Positions 37,601-49,415 of a DNA stretch of 64,000 bases are shown here, piece after piece. Position 1 is the first letter of the stretch. Each line of letters begins with the position of its first letter. Made by a program: the position numbers and the translations under genes. Source of the DNA: Vicugna vicugna. Lineage: Eukaryota. Below the pieces are notes generated by a model. That model worked only from the letters and a program-made list of their open reading frames with translations. It was not told the DNA's origin and searched no databases. The stretch lies in contig MU057809.1 of assembly GCA_013265495.1 (NCBI GenBank), positions 248,001 to 312,000 of the forward strand. Reading direction: 5' to 3'.

Positions 37601-40374
37601 TTCCAAGGAACCACTTACTGCAAACAGAAGTGGAGACCAGTAAGAGGAGCCCCCGTGTCACCCAGTTACCGGCACACCTGCAGCAGCACCACCCCGACCC
37701 CACTGGGAACTGGACCTGTGACGTAACTTCCCTGGGAGCCTGCTCCTCGCCAGGCCGGGGGCCCTCTGGAGGCCTGCCTGAGGCCACTGTCTTCAGCCAC
37801 AGGGTCCCAGCCCCCTGGTCTCCACCACCTGGAGCCAGACCCGCCCCCTGGTAACCCCACTGGTGGTGCTGCGTCTGCCTCTGAATGACCCCCTTCCCTG
37901 TGCTGGCTGGCCCTTTACAGACCCAAAGACACGACCAACCACGTGAGCCCCCCGTTCATCCAGCACTTAAACCAGACACACTCAGCACCAAGTGTGTTCA
38001 AACTCTTGGTCTCCCTGCCACGAGCAGATGTGGAATGGACAGCACCAGCACCCCCAGGTGACCTGGCTGATGCGTGGAGAGCCAGAGCCGAGGAGAAACC
38101 CAGGCCTGCCCGGCTGGAGAGCCCGCCCAAGCCCCCTCCTCCTCCCTGGGCTCCTCTGACCCTGCGTCCTCTTCAGGTGCTCGGCCCAGGACTGAACTGA
38201 TTCCAGGCTGTTCTGGACGCCGGGAGGTGACCCCTCGACTCCCTCCCTCCCTCTGAGGACAGGCCAATGCCTTGGTGGACTTGCCCTCACAGACCCCCAG
38301 ACCTTCCGCCTGCAGCAGCCCCGATGTGCATGTGGCTTTGTTCGAGCACGGGATTAAGTCCCAGGAGGAGAACGTGCCTGTGTTGGCCAGAGAGTAGGGG
38401 GCGCCCAGAAACTGCACCCTCATCCCCAGAGGACATGGAGCATCACGGCTCTGGGAACTGAGGGGCTGATTACGTGTCCCAGTTTCGAAGAGAAACCCCT
38501 TGCCTGGCTCGGGGTACAGCTGCCACCTGCTGTGTGACCGGGGGGGTTCTGAGCCTGTCTGTGCCCCTGCCCCCCTGGAGACGGGGGAGCAGGAGGCCGA
38601 GCATCAGCCCCTGGAGGTGCTGACACGCCTGAGCAATGGTCGCGTTTCTCACCAGGCCTCCCTGCGTGGACCCGACGAGGGTCCCTGCTCCACACGAGGG
38701 CACCTGGGGGAGGGGCGCCCGAGCTGCCATGGGAAACAGACGCGGCCTGAGCGACCTCCAGGCGCAGAAGGACTCAGCCATTGGCGGAAGAGATGTGATC
38801 ACAGAGCTGACCTGCAAAGGGCAGGCGGGTGAGCGGAGATGATCCTCTAGGACAAGGGAATCAACACTGGCTTTTGGGTGATGAGACACCCCGTGCGTCA
38901 GGAACTAGCCCCAGGCCGAGCCGTGCAGAGGCTGGAGCTCAAGGGAGGGAGGTGGGGAGGGTCATTTCCACGAGGTTCTAGCACTGCACCCCAGACCCAG
39001 CACCCTGCCACCCTGAGACGTGAGGGGAGGGCGCCCCTTTTCACAGAACGGAGTTCAAAGTGTAGGGCCCAGCCCAGGACCCGGCTCGGCCTTGGCTGGC
39101 GTGTGGATGCGACTGAGTTCTGCAGGACTCGGGGATGCGGGTGAGCCGAAGCCCCGGGGGACGCCGGCCAAGGGTCCTGAGTGGTGAGGCCGCAGCCCCT
39201 CCCAGCACAGGTCACGGGGTGCGGGGTGGGGGCTGAGGACCAGGGGAGCAGGAGAGGGCTGGCGAGCGGCGGCTGGAGGCGCAGGGCTCCTCATCCAGGT
39301 CACACCCGAGGAGGGGCGTCCACAGCCCTTCCCTGCCTTACTTAACCAGGGAGCCTTCAGCGCAGCACCTCAGGCTCCTTACGGCACGAGTCTGAGCGAC
39401 ACTATAGCGCAGGGTGGGAGGAGTCTGGGGCCCCAGCCCCGCTGGGGCAGAGCCGACACCCTGGTGCTCACTTGGGGCCGCACGTTTCCAGGCCAAGGCT
39501 CAGGCACTGTGCAGAACGGAGGCCGCGTGGGGTGGAACAGGGAGCAGCCAGGGGGAGCTTCCCTCTCAGTCGGGGCCGCCTGCACAGCGGCCACCTGCAG
39601 TGGCCACTTAGAACCGGGCACTTCCTCCCGGTGTGTGGACAGCTTAGCTGTTTCCTAGGCAAGGGGGCAGGGCTGCTTCGAAACCGCCTGCCACTGCTGT
39701 CACTGACCCTGTGAAATAAGACGCTGGCAGACAAGTGGCTGTGCGCGTCTAGGCTCTAAGCAGGATAACGGGCGACTCAGCGGGGCCGTCCAGCCTCGGG
39801 AGCAGGCGCACGCGGGGCTCCCTCCAGCGGCCACCGTGCGCCTGTGCGCTCAGGCCGGCGCCCAGGGCCTGGAGAGCCCCGGACCCCCTGCCCGGAGAGG
39901 TGGGGAGCCCCAAACAGACAGGCCCCACAGCTGACGTGGCCGAGGACACTCGCAGACCCAAACCTCGAGCCCCTCATCCCCAGCAGCCCCTGCACCGCAG
40001 CCCTCCTTCCCGGCACAACTGGGAGGCCCTGCCCCTGCGGCCCACACTTCTTCCGCCCTCCCAGCCTCAGGCAGGCCTCTGCCGCCGCCTCACGTTTGGC
40101 TAAATGTCCTCTGACTTTCTGAACTGGGTGATCATACAGTCGGGGCCCCCGAACAGGACTGTACAGGAACCGCTGTCACAAAACCAGCCCCTCAGGAACC
40201 CGCAGCCACCTGCCACTGCAGTCCCCAACGCCCCTCGGGTCTCACGATCAGACGAGGAAACTTCTACAGGCGCGTCACGGTCCCAAGACTGAAGAATGCT
40301 CGGGAAAACCGCCAGTCTCCACGGTGCTGCCCTGGGGTCCTGGCACCCGCCCCCTTCAGGATGTCCCTAAAGTG

Positions 40375-40485
40375 CCTTGTGGTGATGGCTGCCCAAGCCC
40401 GTGAGTTTCCTAAGCAACACTGAACTGTACTTTAAGACAGGTGAGTGATGTGGTATAAAACACACACTCTGAATAAAGCGGCTCC
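40375..40485 (+). mobile_element. L1MB-like extreme 3' end fragment
   Basis: 'gtggtgatggctgcccaagcccgtgagtttcctaagcaacactgaactgtactttaag...aataaagc' follows the recalled L1MB terminus. Confidence 0.55.
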
Positions 40486-43400
40486 TCTACACGCAGAGGC
40501 GTCTTGGTGTCAAGGCAGGAAATGACAGCACCACCCCCGCCCTGGCGTCCGCTCCCCTGCCCTGTCTGTGGGTTTGAACAGGAAGTCTGACCGCTGGGCT
40601 CACCAGAAGGACAGTGCGTCCCGGAAAGGGGCAGTGGGGGGGGCCACTCCCCTCGATCCAGCTGTCACCAGTCTCCTGGCCTCCTCAGCATGAGGCTGGG
40701 GACACACAGAGAAGCAAGGCAGTGGGCAGTGATCTGGGGCGCGACTGACATGACGACCAACGCTGGTCGGACGGCCCACCCCCCAGGCGGACAGGTCGGG
40801 AGGTGGGGGGGTCAGGTGTCCTGTGCTTCGTGGGTGGGAGGGGGGTGTGACACTCCAGGCGTCAGGTGCACAGAGCACCCCCTGCTCCCGCCTCCCGGCT
40901 GGTGACTTCACCAGCTCCCACATGTGCGCCGAGGCGGTTGGGCCGCTGTGTGTTGGGGAGGGCGGACGCTGCAGGCCAGGAGGGAGGAGACGTGGCTTTC
41001 CGTCCAGGGAGCCCTGCTTCCTGCCCCCAACCCAGCCCAGAGCAGGCAGCCTCGGGGCACAGACGACCCAAGTGGGGAGGCAGTTCAGACCTGTGGACAC
41101 AGAAGACGCCAGCGCCCGGTGGGATGGGTGGGTGGCCTGGTGCTCACAGAAGGAGCCCCAGCAGTAAACGGACGGTGCGCCGAGGGGCTCCAGGCAGGCC
41201 CCGGGAACGGACAAGGGCAGGCCTTCTATGGGCGGGAGGTCACTTTGTCCACCAAAAAGCCCCTGACCTTCTGTCCTCACACTCGGAGCCGTCAGCTCAT
41301 TTACTGCTTAAACAGCTGCTCTGAACACGGGCGCCGTCACCGCCATCCTGCAGGGGGCGGCCGCTGCCCCCTGGAACCAGAGACTTGCCCTAGGGCCTCC
41401 CGACCCTGTGGGAGACTGGAGGTTCCGGGGAGATGGGCCTGTGGCTCTTCCAGGCGCTCAGAAACTTCCCCGCAAGGCTGGAAGGGTTCACAGGGAAGCC
41501 AGTTTTGCTAAGTCAGGCCTCTTGGATGGAAAAACCCCAGGGGCTGAGCTCGCAGGCGTGGAAGGCAGGCCAGCCCCCAAAGTGCAAGGCGGGGCTGCTC
41601 CTCCTGGGGGCCTGTCCTTCCTCCTGGGGAGCAGCAGCGGCCAGGGGACCGGGCCCTCCCCCTGCAGCCCGCCTGCTCCGCCACTCCGAGGGGCCTTACA
41701 ACAGTGAGCAGCTCCGTCACCTGCTCCCGACAGGAGGCACAGGGTGGAGGCCCACGGCCACCAGCTTCCAGCGCAGAGCAAGGCCCAGAGCTGCGGGACC
41801 TGGCTCAGACCCAGCGCGCCTTTTTTTTTCTTTTTTTTTTGCATTTCATATGTTACCCAGTTTCACATTCTCACGGGATCAGCGACTACAACAGCCACCT
41901 TGTCTCCCATGTCTGGAAACGGCAAGACAGCCACAGCTGCAGCCAAAGGCAAAGCGCTGACATGCTCATGGAACAAAAAAGATGCACAACTTTTCCTTCA
42001 TTTTTCTTAAACTCACGGCCGCCGCTAAGGCTCACTGCTGGAGAACGGAAACCCTCTTCCTCTTCATGCCTCAAACTCAACGGTAAACTTACCTGACAGG
42101 GTGGGCAGGTCTCTTCAATAATCAACTGCACACGCACACAAAAAAAACCCTTTATGATGCGTAAGTACCTTGTCATACGAGGTACAAAACTACTTTCACT
42201 TTTTGGTTGGTTTGAAGTTTGGAAAGAACGCGGGGCCACGGCAAGGGTGGGGTGGGCCATGGAGGGGAAGCAAAACGGGCGGAGGGAGGGCTTTCTGAAC
42301 GGCTGTTGGCCCATCTGAGGAGGCGGCGGCGGAGCCCACTCTGAAATGACCGGGGCAGGGGCCCGTGAGCCTCTCCCGCTCTGCGCTTGGCGGCTCAGGG
42401 TCCTGCACGGGGCTCCGGGTGACAAGCGACCTGCTCGCCAGCTCTCCTCCGGCGCAGCCCACACTCGCTGTCAGGACTGGGTCCTTCCCTGAGCTTGCAG
42501 GCTCGGGACGCCAGTGGAGGGTGGCTGGCCACGGGGTCTCACAGCATAGCACCTCGTCGCCCGAAAGCCCGAGGAGACCCAGGATGACGACACAGGCAGA
42601 GGCCCAGCTCCTCACCAAGCGCTGCGCGCCTCCCCCGCCTCCCCACACCCAGTGGTCCTCAAACGTCTGTGAGGCTTACCCCTGCAAGCACGCTCCAAAG
42701 CCGTGCTTGGACCCGGGGCTCTGGGAACAGGGTCCCCGGTCTCATCATCACACGTCACAGGACAGCGTGGGCAGCACAGCTGTAAGAGACGTTCAAACAC
42801 CAGGGCCCCCAGCAAAGCCCACCTGAGGCCCTGGGGCGTCCTTCACCGCCCTGGGGCCTCCGTGGGCTTCCCACGGTGCTCCCATGGGACATGCATGCTG
42901 TCAGGGACCCCAGACAAACTGGGTACCGCACAGGAAGACCCTCAGAGTTGGGGGCCCACTCTTGGGGGTTGGGTTACCCTGTCCTTGGTTACTCCCTCCA
43001 AAACTCTTCCCTGCCAGCTGCCCAGCCCACTCGGGGAGGTGGGGCGAGGAGGACCCCACGCAGAAAGAAGGGTGCTTTGGAACAGCCCCCTCCCCCGTCA
43101 GGCCAGGCCCGCAGGGCGGCAGGGAGGGGTCCCGGGCTCCACGTTCAGGACCCCCATTACCTGGCGTCCACTGGCTGTCACAGGGCAGAGGGAGACCCTG
43201 GGCACCCTGAGGGGAAGGGCAGACAGGTGGCGAGCACAGTCCCCTGTGCTGGGTGTGGGGCTTTGGGTCCCGTTTTAAGCTGCAGACGTTGCCAGCTTTC
43301 TGGGAGGGGCTGTCCTGTGGGCGAGCCAGCGTGTGGGGCGTGCAGGAAACCACTGGCCCAGGCACACACACTACTTTTTCTGTCTGCAACTTGAAGCCAG

Positions 43401-46400
43401 CTCCCTTCTAGGTCAATTCGGGTTTTTCTGGGTCACGTGGCCAAACCAAGTTTGCTTAAAATGCAGCGTGTGGTTTGAATGACTTAAGAGCGAATTCCTG
43501 TTTTCCTTCCAGTAAGCACAGAGCCCGGAAGGCAGGGTGAGCCCAGGGGCGGGAAGACGGTGCTGGACGGTGCAGCCTCGGAGGAGCGGGAGCTGGGTAC
43601 CCCCGCAGGTGAGCCACCCCCCCCCTCCCCTCTGGTCGCCTGTCTGCTTTCCAAGCCAAGGCTCTCAGCGTTCAGAGTGAGCCGGCAGACTGGAGCCAGC
43701 TTCTCTGAAAACGAAAGTCTGTCTCTGCTCGAAGTGGGTCCCAGTGGCAAAGAAAACAATCTGAAGTGAGCAGACTTCTCATCCCTGTCCCTGAGGGCAG
43801 GCGAGCAGAGGCCGCAGCTCTGTGTCCTGTAGACGAGGGAGGGAGCTGTCAGAAAGCAGCCAGCGCTGACTGGGTGTTGGGTTTTCCTTCCACGCAGAGG
43901 ACTGGGCGTGAGCCCTGCACAGGGAGGCCCCTTCCCGGCGGCGGCGGGGCTGCTCCGTGTGCCGGGGACGGGCACTCAGAGTGAGGAGGGCGGGAGGGAG
44001 CTGACCCACGCCCCACGTGCCAGGCTCACCTTGTCATGAAGCTGCTGGGTGGTAAACAGCCCGTCCGGGCGCCTGCTGTCACAGACCGGGAAGTGAGGCC
44101 CTGGGCGTCCCCTCGCAGCCAGGCCTTCAGCAACTCGGGTCGGGCTGGGCCTGGGCGGCGGCTCACCCAGTCCGCATGGACCTTGATTTAAGGCCTGGGG
44201 CCTCCCGTCGGCTGCCCCGTCAGCTCGGGAGAGGCCCGAGTGGTGACCGCAGGGCGGAGGAGTTCCCAGCAGCAGAGCCAGACGGGACTCGAGGTGGTGC
44301 TGGGAGGGCCCTGCCGGGAGGCACTGACCACGGTGGCCAAGGCTGGGCCCCTCAGGCGAGACCACAACCTGAAGCCACACTCTAGGACGCCGCTGTCAGA
44401 CACGGTCCCCTGGCTGGCACAGGAGGGCAGCATGGCCTGCCCGCACCCCCATCAAGACAGTGTACACGTGCTGTTAAACGTGCAGGGTGCGGGGCGGGCG
44501 GGGGGTGTCAGTGGCACTACGGTAATTATGGCAAGGACGCATCCGTGTGGAAGCGGGGAAACGCGAAATGGAGCGAGTGGCCCCGCTGGACCTGGAGCTC
44601 GCTCACAACAATACAGGTCTGACCAGAGAGCACCGAGTGCAGGGGAGGGCGGCCACGAGACGGCGGGACGCGGCCAGGTCTGCACGCCGGGGCTGGGAGG
44701 GGCTGCAAGGACCACCCACACCCACTGTGGACCCCTGGGGCCACGGGGACCGGCCCTTCTAACTCCGGTGAGGCAGAACCCGCTTCCTAGAGCCACTCTG
44801 AAAACTATTTAAGGAGCTGCAGCAGCGAACACAATGTTCTCGAGGCTCTGGCCCTGGGAGTCCCCTGGGAGGCTGGACCTTGGCAGCCCTTTTGTGTAGT
44901 TGAGGAAGGGCCCCAGAAGCCCTGGTCCTTGGCCTGAAACTGGCACCAGAACAAGATGGAGGCCTGTCCTCCCAGGAAACCCTGAGCCTCAGGTAAGAAC
45001 CTCCGTTTCTGCTGGAGCAGCGCAGGCATCAGAGCTCCCGGCTGGAAGGCAGGACAGACGGCCGTGCGGGAAAATGCAAGCAGTTTCATGTGAAGTTAAA
45101 CACTTACCCTGAGAACTGGCAGACCTGCTCTGCGTGCTCACCCAAGAAAAGAAAGTGCTCAAGTGAAAACTACATTCAAATTCTAAAAAGCAGCTTTATT
45201 CATAGAGTCAAAACCCCAACGTTACTCAAACGGAGTGGCCGTCCACACAGCAAGTCCTGCTCAGAGGTGAGGGGCCAGCCCTCTGCCAGGGCAGCATCAC
45301 AGCGGGTGCCAAGAACAGGTGCCTCACACGCCCTGGACGTCCGCAGGGGTGGAAAGGGACCACCAGGACAGGCACCGGGGTTCTGGGGTGCCCTGCGTGC
45401 AGGGGGGCTTGTGGGGCTGGATGTCCAGGCCCACGGCCCCATGGTCTAGGAGCAGGTCTGGACACTGGCCTGGACATCGCTCCATGACTCTCACCTCAGC
45501 TGGAAAGTGGTTTCACACGTGTACCTGCTTCGTGTGGAAAACCAAGGTCTGAGCAAACCTTCACACAGAAGGTGCTCCGACCTGTGCACGTGGGGACACC
45601 CCACGCGTGGAGACAGTTTGTCCACCATGGCCCCAACTCCTGGGAGCCCGTCTGCTCTCTCCTCTGAGGACCCCCAAGTCCACGGTCTCCCACCGGACAG
45701 CTCACACCGTGGGGGAGGACGACCCCGTGAAGCTGGAGCCCCTTTCGCCCCAAGGCAGGCCTGGCCTGGAGAGAAGCACTCAACTCGGCGAGGAGCAGGC
45801 GAGGGCTTCCGGTCGGCAGAGTCCGGGACGCACTCCGGGCCCAGCTTGGACTCGCGCCCTCCCTCCGCCTGGCTGGGCGACATGGGACGCGGGGCCCGCC
45901 AGCACATCAGGTCACACCCACAACTGGGTGGCCCCTGATAAAGAATGCCCCAAATGCCACCAGCAAGGACAAGGGCGTTTGCTCCAGAAGGCCTGAAATG
46001 CTGGCCAGCCTGAGGCTGTTTCCTGCACCAGGGTCAGTGGTTCACAGCATCTTCTTTCCAATTTGCCTTCATCAAGGAAACACTCCAAGTCACTTCCTCT
46101 CGGTCTGGCCACCAGTCCTAGGTGTGACGTCACTCAGGGAGTCACTGACCCCTGAGCCCCGGCAGGTGGAAGACGTCATGACCCCCTGCGGCACACGGGC
46201 CCCGCCACCCCCACAGGCTGGCGGGACGAGAGCAGGGTGCGCACGGGCACGGCTCTCCAGGAAAGCAAGCAAGCAGCCATGTCGCGGCAGACACAGGTTA
46301 GTCAGTGTTCATGTGGCACACGAGCCTGCCACACACACGTGTGCTGAGACAGCCAGCCAGAGGAGCCACGGTGGACCCACGTCTGCACAGACCCCCGCCC

Positions 46401-47124
46401 ACTGCCCGTGGTCACCATGCAATGGAGCCGGCCTGGCGCAGAGTGAGGACGAGCCTTGGCACACCCGCCGTAGGCTGGGGGCCCGTCCCCAGCAGGGGGA
46501 GCCACGCCCGCCTTTCAGCGTTTCATTGGGTCCGTCCCCAGTTTTTCCTGCTCGCAATGGCTTTGAACAAACAGCGGTGTGGTCTGCCAGCCTCGCCTGC
46601 TGTTTGGCTGAAATCTAAGGAGGGGGCGACATGTACACAGAAACGAGGTCTTTCCCGTGGCAAGGCCAGGCCAGGAGGGCTGAGCCCTCGCTCCTGGACT
46701 CCAGCTCTGAGCAGAGTCCCCACCAGTGGGCCAGAGCTGGTGACACCTGCAGTGCGGGCACTAGCCGCTCCCCTGGAGGGCAGGGGCCTGGGTGTGGAAA
46801 GCAGGACAATGGGCTCAGAACGGAAGCCCTAGCCCTCCTGCCTGGACACCCCCCACGGAAGGAACCCTGTTTGGGAGACAGGGGCCCGGCACACATCTGC
46901 TCCAGGGGCGGGACGGGGAAAGCGGTTTGTCAGCAATGAGGGGAGGGGGTGCTCGAGGGGTGGGGTGAGGAGTCTCCCCAGGATCCACCCCGCAGGGAAG
47001 ATGGCTGTTAATACCACGCCCCATGCCCTCACCCTCCGCGGGAAAGGGGGCAAGACCCAGAAATGTCTTTAACGAGGTCCCAGACTGTCCCAAACCCAGG
47101 GGGCAGCCTGACGCTAGGCCCACG

Positions 47125-47146
47125 TCCCCCGCTGCTTCTGTTCCAG
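47125..47146 (+). promoter_or_regulatory. Splice acceptor of the orphan GPCR coding exon
   Basis: Pyrimidine tract 'tcccccgctgcttctgttccag|' ending at 47146, 16 nt before the ATG. An in-frame TAG at 47115-47117 closes the frame upstream in genomic DNA. Confidence 0.7.
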
Positions 47147-47162
47147 GTGGGACCCGGCCGAG

Positions 47163-48152
47163 ATGAGCACCCACAACATGTCCTGGATCCGGTACCCAAG
47201 CCGCGTCTCCACGGCTGTGGAAGAGGTCATAGCCGCGCAGAGCCTCGTGTCCAGGTGCGCGCTTGTCTACACGGCACTGTTCCTACCGCTGAGCCTGGCG
47301 GCCGGGCTCTTCAACTTGACCACCTTTGTCCGAGGCCGCGCCAGGCTGCAGGGCCTGGATGCCTGCCTGGCGGACCTCACTGCCACTGGTCTGCTGGTGA
47401 CACTGCTCTCGCTCACAGCGATTGGCCGGCCAGACTACCTGGCCACGACCCACCTGGGCTGTGCCGTTCTGTCCCTCGTGTTCAACATCTGCTACTTCAA
47501 CGCGCAGTACGTGCAGGTGGCCATGCTCTCCGCGTTCCTGCTGCAGTGCCCGTCCTGCCTGCGCGCGGCCCCCCAAGGGGCCCAGAGGCCCGCAGCCAGC
47601 CTGGCCGCCGTTGGGGGCTGTGCCATCTGCAGCTCCCTGGGAGTGGTGGCCCTCCTGGGCACGTCCGGGGAGCTTTACGAACCCACTCTGTGCCAGGTGG
47701 ACCCACTGACCGCCTGGCCCGAGTACGAGATCGTGAAGGTCAGCCTGGGCCTCGGGCTGGCCCTCGTCCTGAAGCTTGTGCTCCTCACCCTGCTTGGCAT
47801 CCAGCGGGCTGGCTGGGCGGCTCTGCCCCTGGGGGACGCGGGCTCAGCTCACTGCTGGGTGGTTCTGGCCATCACCCTGGCCTCATTCGCCTGCCGCCTC
47901 CTCTACAACACCGCGCTTGTCCAGCGGGCCCGGCTGAAGCTGCGGAGGGACATCGGTGCCCCCCGGGACGAGCTGCTCATGAACCTGGCGGAGCTGGCCC
48001 TGTTTGGGGAGAGCTGTGCAATTGCCCTGGCCACCCTCCTCCTCCACCGGCCATGCAGGCAGGCCCTGCTGAGCCTCCCGGAGCGGCTCACCCAAAGGTG
48101 CCGGAGGAGAGAGGCCAGCAACAACTTCTCCCTGAATAGAGTGGGGAGTTAA
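47163..48152 (+). CDS. Orphan, highly atypical class A 7TM receptor related to GPER1/GPR146 (329 aa)
   Basis: Seven hydrophobic segments (about aa 32-56, 65-87, 99-127, 144-166, 190-213, 232-253, 271-294). N-terminal sequon N5-M-S; Cys100 (3.25) and ECL2 Cys177. Near-gapless manual alignment to GPER1 from this window ([59 protein letters not shown]). From recall, mouse has the uncharacterised C130050O18Rik at this syntenic position; not verified. Confidence 0.88.
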   Translation: MSTHNMSWIRYPSRVSTAVEEVIAAQSLVSRCALVYTALFLPLSLAAGLFNLTTFVRGRARLQGLDACLADLTATGLLVTLLSLTAIGRPDYLATTHLGCAVLSLVFNICYFNAQYVQVAMLSAFLLQCPSCLRAAPQGAQRPAASLAAVGGCAICSSLGVVALLGTSGELYEPTLCQVDPLTAWPEYEIVKVSLGLGLALVLKLVLLTLLGIQRAGWAALPLGDAGSAHCWVVLAITLASFACRLLYNTALVQRARLKLRRDIGAPRDELLMNLAELALFGESCAIALATLLLHRPCRQALLSLPERLTQRCRRREASNNFSLNRVGS

Positions 48153-49409
48153 GTCGGAGCCCCTACCTCCCAACACAAGCCACACAGGCCAGTGAGGGCC
48201 TCTTCCTGGCTCTGCCAAGACTCAGAGCGACTTGCTCAGAGTCAGCAGGGATGACGGTCTGTCTAGGAGGCACTTAGAAATCAGCTTGATGGGCAACTCA
48301 GTTTCTGCAAAAGCGAGACAGCTCAGCCCAAACCAACACTCACACCTGATGGAATGAGTCTGGAGGGGGCAGGTGCTGGCAACACACCTGACCCAGGCGG
48401 GAGGTTCTACCTCGTCTGCAAGCCGGCACCTCTCCCCCGCGCCAGCGAAGGGCAAAGAGGGAACCCTGAAAATAGAGACGTTATTTAGGTAACTTGATGG
48501 CCACACTATACTCTGGCCCTGAATGGCCAGGCTGGTTAACTTCCAGCACCGCCAGCAAGTGGGGGCAGTGCAGACGTCTCCAAAGGCTTGTTTTGTCCTC
48601 AAATGTACCACCCCTGGAGGTCTGAGGTCTGGTCCCCGTGACCTGGTGGACAGGAGGTGGCCGTCCCGGGGTGATCAGTGAAAGTGGTTTCCAAAGTCTC
48701 AGCTGTTCTGTTTGATGTTATCTGCAGAAAGTGAAACATCAGGATGCAGAGCATGGTGATCAGTCTCATTCCATTGTTGTCGCTGGCTTTATGTTAAGAT
48801 TCTCTTGGTTGACTAGAGCACAGAGACATGCAAAGAATGGCATCTCTCTGGCTGCATAAGACCTACACCTTTAATAGTTAAAAAAAAAAAAAAAAGAAGC
48901 TAGGACCTTACTTCTTTAGAGCATTTTTCAGACGCAGCAAAATTAGGAAATTGCCTGTTTGCCTCCTGCCCCGAAACATGCACAGCCACCCTCTCAAGGG
49001 GGTGCGACAGCCCATGAGTACGTGGACACGTCACCGTCGCCCAAGGCCTCGGGTAGATCAGGGTCCACCCTGGGTGCCGCCCATCCTGTGGTTTGGACAG
49101 AGGTACAACGGCGTGCGTCCTTCACTGTCCAATCAAATGGGAGAGTTTCGCTGCCCTAAAACCCCCAGCCCTCCGCCTGCAGCTTGACCCTGACCCTCCC
49201 CGGCGCCCGCCGAGCCTCTCGCTGTCTCCACAGGTCTGCCGTCTCCAGGCCACGTACTAGAATCACAGAGCGGAGCCTGGTCAGGCGGGCTGAGGCCACA
49301 CACTAAGGTGCAGCTTGGAAGCTCGCTTCTCTCTAACGCTGAGCGATACTCCGTTGTTGCGATAGCTTCTATTGTAGTGAATATTTTAATGTTAATCTGC
49401 AACCCAAAG

Positions 49410-49415
49410 AATAAA
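49410..49415 (+). terminator. Candidate polyadenylation signal of the orphan GPCR (AATAAA)
   Basis: First clear AATAAA I saw after the stop, in an AT-rich patch followed by U/GU-rich sequence ('agcttttgagtgttct'). Implies a 3' UTR of about 1.27 kb. Confidence 0.5.

Noticed and set aside
44956-44992. Possible upstream coding exon extending the orphan GPCR N-terminus
   Set aside because: Contains an in-frame TGA and leaves phase 1, whereas the 47147 acceptor needs phase 2.
47063-48139. 358-aa ORF overlapping the orphan GPCR in another frame
   Set aside because: GTG start, low-complexity shadow of a GC3-rich coding sequence; the 7TM homology is in the 47163 frame.
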